A DNA stretch of 64,000 nt, taken from NCBI GenBank assembly GCA_964252035.1, contig OZ176205.1. One strand, 5' to 3'. A program made the translations under genes and the position numbers. This document shows, piece after piece, positions 1-12,844 of this stretch. Positions within the stretch are counted from its first letter, which is position 1; the number at the start of each line of letters is the position of its first letter. Origin of the DNA: Podarcis erhardii (Eukaryota). The notes beneath the pieces were generated by a model. That model worked only from the letters and a program-made list of their open reading frames with translations. It did not search any database and was not told the origin of the DNA.

Positions 1-1921
1 AAAAGGCAGCAAGTCACTCTGAAAGGTGATGGAGAACTACAAATAATTTCCCCATGTATGTATGTGTACAGAAAACAGTAGATCTAGCTGAAAGACGGCA
101 CATGGGGATCTACATTGATCATTGCAATGCACCCCTAATTATTATTAGTGTATAATTATAAGATTATTGTAAAATGTTAGAAGGGTACTAACTGTAGCTG
201 TGAGGGGGCATGGCTATAAGAGGTGCAGCTGTGATGTGGGGTCCTTTCATGAAGATCACAGCTACACCTCTTATAGCCATGCTACTTTTGAATTTGCCAC
301 TACGCTACTTTCCATGACACTCCAAATGTCCAAAAATGGTTTGCTGGAGAAAATTGCCTAGTCAACAGTCCCCTGCATATGAAAAGCTGCTCACAACATG
401 GTAATTTGAAGTAGTATCTATAATTATGTGGTGGCCTTAGCTATGTTTTATGGAGATTCTGCTACATTGACTTGGAAGGTCCCAATAACTCCCAGCTGCA
501 CTTGCCCTTCATTTCCCCTCTAGAACAACATATAAAAAATCCACGTTATCATGGGCCACAGAGAGCAGGTTCACTGCCTAACAGTACAAACAGATAGTTC
601 AGGACGTAAGTGTGAGTCAACCCTTGGAGAAAGCAAAATCCCCTGGGATTATTAGCTCGCCTGACCTGGGAAAAATTCTGGCCCAGCCCAGTTCCTAAGG
701 TAGTCACGAACATGAGCAATAGCCATCAACCTAGTCATTCCAAGAGAAAAATGAAGTCCTTAGTATAAACAGTTCTAATATAAATTTCGAAGTTTTTCTG
801 TATAAAAACTGCTACTTTGGGCTTACAGGTTTACAGTGTTTTCTTTATTAGCATCTTAGTTCTATACCTAATCCAGAACCCTCTATAGAGGAAGCAGGCT
901 GTTTATCCCGAAAGGTGCTATGCAAATGGTATCATGTTATGGGGAAGCACCATGCAGTTACCTTGGACACATATATTTATGTACATAAATGATCATGTAC
1001 ACATACACAGCTACTGAATTCACATATGACATTATTTCTTAAACTTTATGAAACTATGTTATTCTTCCAAACCTATCAGATTTTCCATGTCCACATTCAT
1101 ACCTACCCCCAAGAGCAAGCAAACTGAAACAGCGCTATTGGGTATATCTGTCCAGTTCCTGTACCACTTGTCACTTTCCTTTCTATCAGGTCCAATGCAG
1201 TACAGCATTGTGCTTCATTCTTCCTCTTCTTCAGCACCTATATCTCCTTTGTGCAACTCCATCCTGCTGCCCTCTTCATAATGCCTTCCATGGTGCCACT
1301 TAAAGTGTCTGGGGATATTTGACAGGAAACACAGGGGAGATTCCACCACCTTAAAAAGAAACAGCAACTTTTGAAGTGGAGATGTGTACACACTGACTCT
1401 AAATCAAGTATGTTTCCCAAAGCGGATCAAATATGAGCATCTATTTTGGAAATTAAACCGAAGTGCAAAACCAGGCAGCTCAGTCTCCTAACCCCTCACC
1501 CTGACTGCAATACCACTTTCAGCAGTTCTAGTGGGATAGCAACCCACAGTCTGCAGAATCCTAAACCTAGAATGTTTACGGCCATATAGCCCGCAAGCCA
1601 CGCAAAACTGTTATTCTCCCCTTGTGGTGTCCCCGACCATTTTGTTTGAAACAAGCAAACAAAAACAGCAGCTGCCCAGAAACTTTTAAATGCATGTAAG
1701 AATGAACAAGGGAAATGAAATGAGGGGCATCCTGAACTCTACCTACTAGGAAGTATCTGAACCAGTCCCAAACAGTAAAGGAAGGAAAGAACAAACTCAA
1801 ATAAGCAATTTTTGTATTTCTCAGATATTATACAGATGAGTATTTAGCTTCACCTGTGTTACATCATCTAAAAAGTTCGACTCAATTTTGACATACTTTT
1901 TGGCCCACTGAGGGTGTAAAT

Positions 1922-2045
1922 CAGCCTTTCCCAACACAGTGTCCGCTTAGTTATTAGACTACAACTTCCATCATCCCTGATCCGTGCCAGGCTAATAGGA
2001 GTTGTAGTCTGAAACTTCTGAAGGATACCATGTTGAGGAAGCCTG
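1922..2045. mobile_element. hAT (Charlie-like) palindromic MITE
   Basis: Exact 8-bp TSD gtgtaaat; cag...ctg termini; internal gactacaac/gttgtagtc inverted arms. Confidence 0.8.
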
Positions 2046-3399
2046 GTGTAAAATAAACTGTCTGTGGGGATTATAACAGGCAGGCGAGACATTCTCATGC
2101 CCGCCTCTTCCTGTATGAAGAGCCAACGAGAGCCATGGAAATATATGGGCTATGAAGAGGCAAGTGGAGGGCAAAGCAGGATGCTCTGCCAGTCCTCTGT
2201 AAATTAAACCCCCCCCCCATCCCAAATGCTTGGAGGATCTCCCAGTTATTTGCTTATGCTGTCAACACTGCCCACCTGCCATGCTTGCTGAACAAGTCTT
2301 GTTGGAACTTGTAATGATTTCCTGTCTGCCAGTTAAACATCAGCTTGCTTGACCTGAGATCACCTGGACAGTTAGTTAATAGATTCCCCCCAAATGTGAG
2401 CTCATGTCAGTGCTTGGAGACAGAATAGTTGGCAGCTGATGTACCTGTTCACCTGCAGGATTTGTTTCCTGCTTCCAGAACTACCATACAGCACCCTCTG
2501 TTGACCCAGAGCACAAAACAGCCTACAGGAAGCACCTCCTTACTGAGAGTCCATTTGAGGTGACGGACACCGCTGGCCAAGCCAGAGTAGTAGATCTCCT
2601 ACTCTGGCTTGTGCACAGAGCATTTGTGGTGAGGGGACAGACTATGCATGAGCATCATCAACTTGTTCTCTTAGTCACGTCAAAAAGAAGCCGGCCTCCT
2701 TGCCACTAGGAGCAGCTAGACTGGCTCAACTGGTCCTACCAAGGCTGGCATCCAATTCTATTATTCATCGAGAGTCTGCTCTTGCTCTTATCCAGGGCTG
2801 GCCATGTTCCATGCTCCCGGCAGACAGAGCAGAAATTACATCTTCCTTGCTGTTAATAATTATTCAGAAAGAGTTGGGATAGTAAATAAAGCCAAAATCA
2901 TCTACCTAGTATGTATACCAGTGGTGCACAGTTGCACCTTGAAAACTGAGTGATTGGCAAAGGTGATGTCTTTTTATTGGGTTAGCTTCTGTTTGTGCAA
3001 GAGAGTGCAAGTTTCCAAAACTCAGAGGCTGTTTAAGCAGCGAATGCTCCTGTACACAGTCCTGAAACATGACCCCTTAGGAATCAACTATTTCAGTGAC
3101 AGAATGCTACCTCCACCCACCCCAACCTGATACCTGGTTAAGACACAATTATAAACTGATACAAGCAAGAAAAAACACACAACACTAGAGAAGCAGACAG
3201 GAAGGCAGCAACCAAAAGATTTCAGGGCAAATTGGACTGCACTAAAGAGGTTTCTTGTTGCCTGTGTGAGGCCCTTTAAGAAGCTTCCTGAAATGACAAC
3301 CATGCTGTTTCATACCCCAAAGCAGGACCTTGTTAATGGGCATCCAAGTGTCAGCTGGGCCTGATAACTACGGTCTGCAGTCATCTGACTGACCACAGC

Positions 3400-3535
3400 A
3401 CACCAAAGGGATGGTTAATTTCCCTGGCATCTCCAAGATGTGTTTGGGGAGACCCCTGTTTGAGACCCTAGGAAACCACAGCTTGTCATAGCCAGATAGA
3501 CCAATGGTCTGACTCAGTATAAGGCAGCTTCCTAT
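3400..3535 (+). mobile_element. Decayed tRNA-derived squamate SINE with CR1-type tail (Squam3-like); second fragment ~3545-3640
   Basis: ccctggcatctcca body and agatagaccaatggtctgactcagtataaggcagcttcctat tail. Confidence 0.6.
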
Positions 3536-3860
3536 AAGTTGTTAGCATCCCAAAAGTCATGGGTTCAGTTTTCCAGCTAGGGTTGGGAAGAAGCCATTTC
3601 TGAAATCCTGGAGAGCCATGGCTAGTGTTCCTAATACTGCTGTTGGGAGCAGGAAGATGGGCACATAGTGTACAAGATGTCTCTATTTTTTTTAAATGGC
3701 AAAGGCAACTAACTATTAGTAAGAGGACAGAGTAGGCTTCACACTATGGTGCAATTACATTCTTGGGAAAAGCTGGGGAAGATATATTTCCAAAGTGTAA
3801 AATTCAGAGGTGATAAAAGTTAAACTATGCATATTGGAAACACTAACTTCATTTTCGTTG

Positions 3861-4146
3861 TTTTTATTAATTTAAGAGGATTTGTAACCTAGTACTTGAA
3901 GCCACTCGCTCTCTCCAAGGGGCTAATAAGGTAAAGAAAAAACAATAAAAACCAGAACAACAAATTCATGCAAGTATAAAACAGCATAAAATAGCAGCAG
4001 TAGTAGAAAGTTATGGCCAGATAAAATAATGCATAAAATGAAAATATCTAAAATGCCTAGAAAAATAATGAGAGTTTTTGCCTGGCACTGAAAATACATC
4101 AGAGTTAGCCATCCTATGGAGTGTATTCCAAAATTACGGTGCCAAC
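3861..4146 (-). mobile_element. L2-like 3' tail; similar tails near 14085-14460 (-), 16370-16640 (+), 23520-23700 (-)
   Basis: tttatt-type terminus, A-rich body and gcctggcactgaaa...ggagtgtattccaaa remnant. Confidence 0.55.
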
Positions 4147-4451
4147 TTCATTTAGTAAAGTAGGGAAAAGGCACCAATGAAATGAGAACAAAAAAGCTGG
4201 TAATCAAAATAATGCAACTTGTATTTTAAAAAAGATGCTACAGCTTTTAGCCTCAGCTCTTTGTCAGGGGAATAATTTTTAAACAATGAAAGACTTGCTT
4301 TCTAGGCATGTAAAAAGAGCGCTCTTAACAGTACAATCTTCTGAAAATTACTTCTGAATAGATGCGTATAGGATCACACTGGCAATCAGATGGAAGTTAC
4401 CTCAGTAGTACATGCATACCTGGAAACTGTTGAAAGGTGCAGTATAAATCC

Positions 4452-4475
4452 ATATATATATATATATATATATAT
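4452..4475. repeat. (AT)12 microsatellite
   Basis: Direct reading. Confidence 0.95.
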
Positions 4476-5063
4476 GATTAAACTTATATATCCAACTTAA
4501 GTTGGATGTAACTGATAGCAGCTTATTGATGCATCTGTAACACATACCAAGTACCTAGAAATGGCAGCTGGAAAAAACTTTTACCAGTCTGGCTTATACA
4601 AGGGGGGGAGGTAGGGAACCTGTAGCCCACCTGATGTTTCTGGACAACAAATCCCATCATCTGGCTAGGACTGAAGGGAGTTGGTTTCCCCTTTACCATA
4701 TCATTGATAACTGGCATGGAATCAGAGCAAAATAGTGTTGCGCACCACCCCAGTCTACAAACAGTGTAAGATTCCAGGTGTGCCAGGTTTGGATTTCCTT
4801 TTGGGAATGAGGCAGAACAGAGACTGTGGTGTCTTTATGATATATGGTTTCTTTACACATATATACAACCTGAGCCTAGGATGGAGGGGTTCACAGCATC
4901 AACACCCCAAAAGGGTCTTTTTTCTCCCATAGCCGCAGCCTTGGATTCAAACAGAAATCAAATATTGATCTCTGATGACCATCCGCTTGCTGTTTTGCAT
5001 CTAGTTCACACTACAGCAATCTCTGCTCTCAAACTCAGGCTTTGTCCTCCTCTAAGAGCTGGA

Positions 5064-5413
5064 GGGACGCAGGTGGCGCTGTGAGTTAAACCACAGAGCC
5101 TAGAACTTGCCGATCAGAAGGTTGGTGGTTCGAATCCCCACGACGGGGTGAGCTCCCATTGCTCAGTCCCTGCTCCTGCCAACCTAGCAGTTCGAAAGCA
5201 CGTCAAAGTGCAAGTAGATAAATAGGTATGGCTCCAGCGGGAAGGTAAACGGCGTTTCCGTGTGCTGCTCTGGTTCACCAGAAGAGGCTTAGTCATGCTG
5301 GCCCCATGACCCGGAAACTGTACGCCGGCTCCCTTGGCAAATAAAGCGAGATGAGCGCCGCAACCCCAGAGTCAGCCACGACTGGACCTAATGGTCAGGG
5401 GTCCCTTTACCTT
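5064..5413 (+). mobile_element. Full-length Sauria SINE
   Basis: Head gggacgcaggtggcgctgtg, B-box-like ggttcgaatcc, tail ccctttacctt; TSD taagagctgga(ggg) at 5053 and 5414. Confidence 0.92.
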
Positions 5414-6069
5414 TAAGAGCTGGAGGGCCCCCTGCCCCACCCAGCTGTTGTATGGCAGAGAGCCCCCTTTCTGTTGCTCTCTTAATAGCCCATCACCTTT
5501 TCTTTTATTTCTTAATGGCCCATCACCTGGGTGATTACCTCACCAGGAAGCTAGCCTGGCTTGATTAGCTTTTAACACTTGCTAGGATTATAGGGGTCTG
5601 GCACCCACAAACTCATAACACTAGGTTGGAAAGCAGCCCCACCCAGGGCCCTGAAACTGGAATGGTTTAATTTGCTTAGATGATACGTCAATGGCTCATC
5701 CTAAAAGCTGATCCAGTAAAAAGATAATATTTTCCTATTCTGACTCCCCTTTTGTAATATTTACTGCATGAACAACGCCCTGTTCATTTTGTCGGCAAGA
5801 GTCTCATGTAACTCAAGTTTATTCTACTTTGCTGAGACGTCTCTCCCTCATTCTTCACGGTGGGTGGGGCTGGGCTTGTGTGTGTGGGATCAATATTTCA
5901 GTTATGTTCTATATAGAGAATAATGCTCTATGACAACCTGCAGCTGAAATGAATGTTGGGAAATCATAAAGAGCATGGAGAATATCTAAGGGAATTGGGA
6001 ATTCTAAGGAATTGGGAGGGCGGAGAAGCCCAACAGTGAGAAAACAAAGAAGTTTTAGTTTACCAGAAA

Positions 6070-6289
6070 ATGTCACAATAAACTAATGGAGGATAGGTTC
6101 ATCAACAACTAATAGCTGCAATTGAACCTCCATGTTCAGAGGCAGTTTGCCAGTACTAGCTCCCTGAAGGCAAAATCATGGGTGAAATATTGTCTTCATG
6201 CTCTGCATGTGTTTTGGCCACTGTGTGAAACAAGGATGCAAGACTAAATGGATTTTCCATTTGATCCATCAGGATTCTTCTCATGTTCC
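6070..6289 (+). mobile_element. Old CR1-like 3' fragment
   Basis: ggaggatagg...ttggccactgtgtgaaacaaggatgc..gactaaatgg...tgatccatcagg..ttctcatgttc pattern. Confidence 0.6.
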
Positions 6290-6330
6290 TGTGTTTTTTC
6301 AGATAACCTCTTAATAATCTATTAAAAGTA

Positions 6331-6495
6331 CCATACTTTTCTGTGTATAAGACCATGTTTTTTACTCTAAAATAATGTTCAAAATCTGGACTCTCTTATA
6401 CATGGATAGTATCTCCCCTCATTTTCTTAATTTGGAGTCCCCAAAAATAGGGGGCGTCTTGTACATGGGGGCGTCTTATAGACGGAAAAATATGG
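6331..6495. mobile_element. Tc2-like MITE, 165 bp
   Basis: TIRs ccatacttttctgtgtataagac vs ccatatttttccgtctataagac; TA TSD. Confidence 0.8.
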
Positions 6496-6890
6496 TACAT
6501 CTTTTTCTGGGTGGGGTTGGGCACCCAGTGTTCATTTCAGAATTTGGCTCTTATAAAAAAATATTTATAAGAGCCAAATTCTGAAATGAATTCAAATTGC
6601 TAAAACAAAGATTTTTGTTGGAAACATTATGTTTCTCAATTAAAACCGAACAAGGTCTCATTAGAAATGAAAGTGTTGTTTTTAAGGGGAATGAAGAATT
6701 AATAGCAGGATCAAGTAAGTCCCCCATCACTTAACACTGCAAACCAAGACTGCACGCCTATGAATAATGATAAGTGTTTTCTGTAAGGGTTCAAAGTATT
6801 TCACACATACTGTCTCAATAATTATTGCAATAACCCTTCAAATGGGCACCGAACTGCATGGGGCACCACAACAGTGCTGCAGAATGGAGT

Positions 6891-7313
6891 TGTCATGGGC
6901 CAGGAGCCAGCTTTGCCTGCTGAACAGCAGCCCAAAGGGGGAGAAGGCAGAGTGACTTCACCTGTGGCTGATCATCCGTCAAGGACACAGAGGGGAAGGT
7001 ACTGATGGAGAAGACTTCAGCCTTCTTAAGTAGAGCTTCCAGCAGCATTCAGATGCTGGAAACAATGCTTGTAGTTCCTGATCCTACCTTGCTGCTGGAA
7101 GCTTGTCTTGACCCTTGACCCCAGAATCATTGGATTCCCTGACCACTGGACCATCAGACCACGTGAATTGCTGTTTGCCTGACCCTAGGACTAGACCTGG
7201 TTTCGGATGCTGACTCTGCCTCCAGGTAAGTATACCTCAGAGACGCTTTTGGTTGACTGGCCTCCCACTCTACTGAGCTCTGCATGTTGCTGCTCAGCGA
7301 AGAGACTACAACA
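6891..7313. mobile_element. Solo LTR (423 bp), probably Ty3/Gypsy-type
   Basis: TGTCA...CAACA termini and exact 5-bp TSD ggagt (6886-6890, 7314-7318); no internal gag/pol. Confidence 0.8.
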
Positions 7314-7995
7314 GGAGTGCAAGAAGCAGTTGGGGTGGGTACAGAATTTCAGCATTGCACAGGGTGCCACTGAAATTTGAGAGCCCAAAGTTTGCCACTG
7401 CTCCCCCTGCTATGTTAGTCCCACTATGGACTCTCTCACCTTCCCATATGTGACATTTGGCCTGACTAATGATAATCAGCCTAGGCTGATTGACATGCCA
7501 ATTGTGGAGCAGGACCAGTGACAAATAAATGTAATTTTTATCCTTGTACAGCAGACTGGTTTCTAGATACACACATTATCTTTATCTTCCATTCAGCCAT
7601 GCAAAAACACCCAAGGAGGGTACATAGCAGGGCCAGTGAGGGGTGTGGCTTGGAGAGTTCTAAGGGCCAGATAGAGAGGCTGTAGGGCCACATTTGGTCT
7701 ACGGGCCTGAGGTCTCCACCCTGACACAGGCCCTTGAAGTTGGCAGCCATACAGGTCATACATTAAATTGCAGAGGGTGGATCCAAGCAACCTATTAACA
7801 GAAATTTCTTTTTGTGCTGAGAAGCAAATCGTTTGTGTGGATTAGCAATTGGACAGTTTGCTATCGCAAGCCACAATGAAGTGGTGATTTACAGAAATGA
7901 CTCAAGCGATCATCATTCTTCTCTCCTGGCTTAATTTGCATGGTTAGAGACTACTGAGTGGAATGCTCTTGCATCAGAGGCACTCATTGCAGCGC

Positions 7996-8515
7996 TATTT
8001 ATTTCATTAAAATTTTACATCGCTTGATTGTAAACACCTCAAAGCGGTCGACAAAAGATAAAACAGTGAAATCGAGAAAAAAGCACAACCCCACTTTAAA
8101 ACATACAGAAGTTAAAATACTAAAACAGATTAAAATCACCTCAACTTTCTAAGCATCTGGGTAGGCTTATCTAAACAGGAATGTTTTTAGCAGGTGTCAA
8201 AAAGAGTACAGTGGACGCTTGGGTTGCGAACGTGATGTGTGTGGGAGGCACGTTCGCAACCCGCGCATCTGCGCACGTGCGGGTGGTGATTTGATGCTTC
8301 TGTGCATGTGCAGAGCATGATTTAGCACTTCTGCGTATGCGCAAGCACCAAAACCCGGAAGTAACCCGTTCCGGTACTTCTGGGTTCGGCGCAGTACACA
8401 ACCCAAAATCGCACAACCCAAAGCATCTGTAACCCGAGGTATGACTGTACAGTGAAGGAGCCCACTTGATCTCAATAGGCAGGGAGTTCCAAAGTATAGG
8501 TGCTGCCACACTAAA
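7996..8515 (-). mobile_element. L2 LINE 3' end (split by the 8209 MITE)
   Basis: FSVAAPILWNSLP motif then AT-rich tail; same tail family at 23520-23700. Confidence 0.8.
8209..8447. mobile_element. Tc1/mariner-type MITE nested in an L2 3' end
   Basis: TA TSD; imperfect TIRs (cagtggacgcttgggttgc vs cagtcatacctcgggttac); flanks rejoin as continuous L2 sequence; CpG-rich interior. Confidence 0.75.
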
Positions 8516-11500
8516 CAACCAAGTTTTTACAAATTCAGAATGGGTGTTATGTGCTACTTGTAGTAATGCCATTTCTGTCGACCGAAGCAGTCAAGTGGGC
8601 ACATGTATGCTAAGGTGATATCATAGTCTCACTTATGCACAACCTTCCCCCTCAAACATTAATAAATTACATAATTAATCTAGAGTAACTACCACCCCCT
8701 TGCCTGTAGTTACAATCAATAAAAAGGTCACAATCACCATCTAACTTATAAATCTGACCTTTGTGAGGGGGCAAATCACTTTATTTTACTGATTTAATCT
8801 ATTATTTATTGTAAAAAAGTGAATCATCATACAGGATAACTAATCTATTTTATGTGATTCTGGCTATGTGCCCCTTGCCTTGCACATATTGGTGAAGGTT
8901 TGTTGGGGCTGAGAGGCTGTTACTTCATAATTAATATGTTAAGAGGATCCCATTATACACTATTGCTTTTATTACCATTGCATTACATTGTGCTCTTCTG
9001 ACATGCCTTATGGATTTGGGCCCCACCCCAGAGATGTTGCACTGTTGAACTTCATCACCTTTTGGCAATTCTCCCAGCTCCAACCTGTTAGGTTAGATCA
9101 AGTGACTCTGGGTTGGCCTTAATTAAATGCCAATATTTTGAGTAGATGTGTATGGTGTCAGCATCTGCCCATGTGACAACAGAGCTGCGTGTGGGAGCAG
9201 GTTTGCAGGAGCCCAAGTGGATAGACCTGAATGTGTTGCCTCTGTATGTATGTTGAGCAAGTGTGGCTGTGGACAAGCACTGTTGACATGCGATGCGTGG
9301 GATGGTTTGTTATGAAATGCAGGATTGTTACTGGAGCCCCTCTGCCATGGTGTCACCACCAGTTGCTTCAAAGCGCTTCATATTTATTTAGCTTTCCAGT
9401 CCAAACCAGAGATACTATATCCTATAGGACCTTGGTTATTTAGAGGGATAGCTAAACATTCAACATCTCCATGAATTAGAAAATAAAATGTAATGGAACA
9501 AAGATGTTTTGCACAGGGAGGAAAGAAGAGTGGTAAGAATAAGTAGGAGTTTGGTAGTATTAATTGTACAATCTTAACTGTAAAGTAGGAAATTAAAATT
9601 TTAAAAAATAGGGCTAAGTGTCTAAGAAGCAACAATTAAATTTGAGACAGATTTAGGAGTAAACTACAAGATTGGGTTGGATGTTTCTGGACAAAGTTAG
9701 TTCCTTAAATCCCACTGATTGGATAGGAACTAAGTCATGATTAATTTTTCCCACTGATCCAGTGGGATCCAAGTTTAACTAACTCACAGCACAATCCTAA
9801 CTATGTCTACTCAGAAATCAGGCCTTCTTAATTCAGTAGGGCTTACTCCTAGATTGGCTCTATCCCTTAGTCACATATCTTACATATCTCTGCATGCTTA
9901 TTTCCTTACTTAATGAAAAGCAGGCTCAGGAGGCTAAGATATTGAGGACTAGTGGGCAGGCGGGGCACTTGAACTCCTCCCCCCCCACCCCCGTTTGTCT
10001 TTTTATGATTGAAATAAATATTCCCCAAGCTGCCTTTACCACCACTTCTCCACTCAATAGGTCTACTTCCCAAGGCAGCTATTCATTTAATTCAATTACT
10101 TCATTACACTTTTGTATGTAAGGTATGGCTTGCCATATAGGGACTGTCTTCATTAGGAAGCTGAACATGAGTCAACAGTGTGATGCTATGACACAAAAAG
10201 TGTGATGTAGTGGACAAGAATGTTTAACTTTGACCCAAAAGGCTTAGGTCAAAATCTGTCCTCAACAATTAACAGTGCAGTGGGAGATGGGTGAGGAAGG
10301 GCCAGTAGAACCGAGGGCCAAACGAAGCTTGTCTAACTAATGTACATAAGGAGAGTCAACCTATTTCTTTAGAGAAAGCAGACTTGGGGGATTGGGACAA
10401 CCATTCAGAGGAAAGGGGGCCAAGCAGAGCCTCCCCCCCATGTTGTTTTCTATATAAAAAAAAATCACAATTCCCAAGCTGCTATTTGCCCCTGATTGTG
10501 CTATTTGCAGCAAACAGCACCATTTGGGGGAAATGGCTGTGCTGGTGGTGATTTTTCTAGAAGGAAAACAGCACAGGGGAAATGGTAAGACCTTTGTTTT
10601 AGATCTTAACCTGGAAAACCTGCACGCAACTGAATCTTCACATTCCTCGTAAGGACATGGCCCACTTTAGTTTAACCCTGCCAACCAGTCAAATGGGCAG
10701 GGCCAGCTCTCAATAAAGGGTCTCTGCAAACCAAACTGCAATACCTTGCTAATGATGCCCCTCTGGCCAGTCCCCTTACTTCAAAGCCTTAATAAAGAAT
10801 TGTACAGGGGGACTAGGGGGACTGCCAGGGATTCAATTACTTTGGAGGCAAAATTACAGGTTCCCAGCAATGGTGGGCCTTGGGTTACCTGTCTTGTGCT
10901 CAGGTGCAAGACAATTAAAGGTTTACTTCCTGCTGGGCCATATTGTAGCCCTGTGGTTAGGCTTTTGCCAAGACCCAGCAGACCCCATTAGGAAGGCCAC
11001 AGGCCAGGGAAGCAGTTCTGCTTCGGCAACCCCTGCTGGGCAACAGGCATACCAGCCCTGCCCTACTACTGGGGATGACCAGAAAGGGGGAGGCGGCTCT
11101 GGCTGCACCACAAAAGGCTCCTACAGGGATGGTGTCAGGCTGGACAATGAAGGCAGCAGGTAGTAATGGCTGCCTGTAGGGCCCTCTTATTTCAAAGGCA
11201 CAGATGGCTCCACCAAATTCTTGGTATTTGATGCTCTCTATTGCTCATACACCTAAGCATAGCCTGCCTGGTGGGAGAGAACTATTACCAGTACAATGCT
11301 ACAATGCTATCAACAGGACAAACTAATTCATAACAATTATTAGACCCTAGTTCCATACTCACAATGTGTATTACAATAATCAAATCAGTGGCCATCTATA
11401 AACATGCATTGAGAAAGTGCAACCTCTAACCTTCTGCCAATATACTACAGTCTTTTTCAATCTCGTGACCCCCAGATGTTTTGGACTACATCAGCCATCA

Positions 11501-12103
11501 GGCCCAGGCAGCACCATAGTCCAAAACATCTGGAAGGCACCAAGTTGGTGAGTGCTGGCATACTAGATTATCATTTCTTACACGCAGCATAGCAAGATAC
11601 CAATTTCTATATGTTCCCTTTCACTAATAAATTTGTATCTTACTTAATATGTGTGTATGGGGCAACTGAATGATAGATAAGGGAGTGGTACAGACAAGGC
11701 ACACTGTGGGTCTACAGCGTTTGCATCCAATGAAGACTCAAGAAGCACAATCAGTGCAGTTCAGTGGGGAGAATTTTTATTTTTTTGAAACCATCTCTCT
11801 GGTGTGTTATTGTAGCAGGACATGAAAAAGCAAATATTAAAAATGGCCTTTTGTTTGAACAAGAAGTTGCTTTTGACTGTTAAGTTGTAAGATGCCACAT
11901 TGTTTCCTTCAAAATGCACCCTTTAATAACATAATGTTGTTGCAGTCCTCTTTTCAGCCATACTGTCTGCTGCTTCGTTCTGCCTGCCCCAACAGAAGCC
12001 CATAACCCCTCGCTTCTCTCTTAATTCCAAGCACTGGAGGTGGAGGGTGATGTGTTTGCAGCTTAGAAGGAAAAGCTATTTAGTTAAGGATGCTGCCCTA
12101 GTA

Positions 12104-12239
12104 CAGGATTTCCCAAACGTGGGTCTCCAGCTGTTTTTGGACTAAAATTCCCATCACCCCTGACCATTGGTGCAGCTAGTTAGGGATGATGGGAATTGTA
12201 GTCCAAAATCAGCTGGAGACCCAAGTTTGGGAATCCCTG
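12104..12239. mobile_element. hAT palindromic MITE, 136 bp
   Basis: TIR cagg.tttcccaaac; long internal palindrome; imperfect cctagt TSD; same family as 54707. Confidence 0.85.
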
Positions 12240-12844
12240 CCTAGTCTATGGGTCAGCTGATGAGGCCTGGTAGGCCACAAGGGTATGGACATAGAGCTGG
12301 ATAACAGGTCCTTTTGTATCCACTCTGCCAAAAGCTGGTCATCTACAAGAGGAGGGGGAGAGGACTACTGCACACATGTCCTGTTTGTGAGGTTCTCATA
12401 GGCATTTGGTTGGAGTGTAAGGAACGAAAGGCTGGATTAGGTGTGTCTGGTCTAGCAGGGACCTACTTATGTTCATCCATTCCCCATATATCCATCCATG
12501 AAATCCACTTTTCATTTCTGTCTAATTGAAATCTTTTTCCTACCTGTACTCCTCCCCTCCCACTGAGCTTTGAAGGGAGTCATTAAGGAGGAGCTGGTTG
12601 ATCAGTATGGGGAGCATATTCAGCTCACAAGAAACTGGGCTTTTATAGCTAATAATAGCAGGCTACCAGAGGGTGTTATTTTGGTCATCCCACCCATTTC
12701 CCTCTGTTTTCCAGAAAGGTGGCACATTCTGCTTCTCATTGGGCAACAGCTGGATTGCAGCTTCTGTACCTTACGTGCCGGTAGCTCCTTGTTGCATGCC
12801 ATGCAGAGGGCAACAAGGAACTATGTAAGGTACATGCTCCACAG

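Noticed and set aside
2578-2611. 13-bp-arm palindrome caagccagagtag/ctactctggcttg
   Set aside because: Short and of the kind seen in the palindromic MITE relics common here; no independent support.
8171-8572. 133-aa minus-strand ORF
   Set aside because: Chimera of an L2 3' end and the nested MITE.
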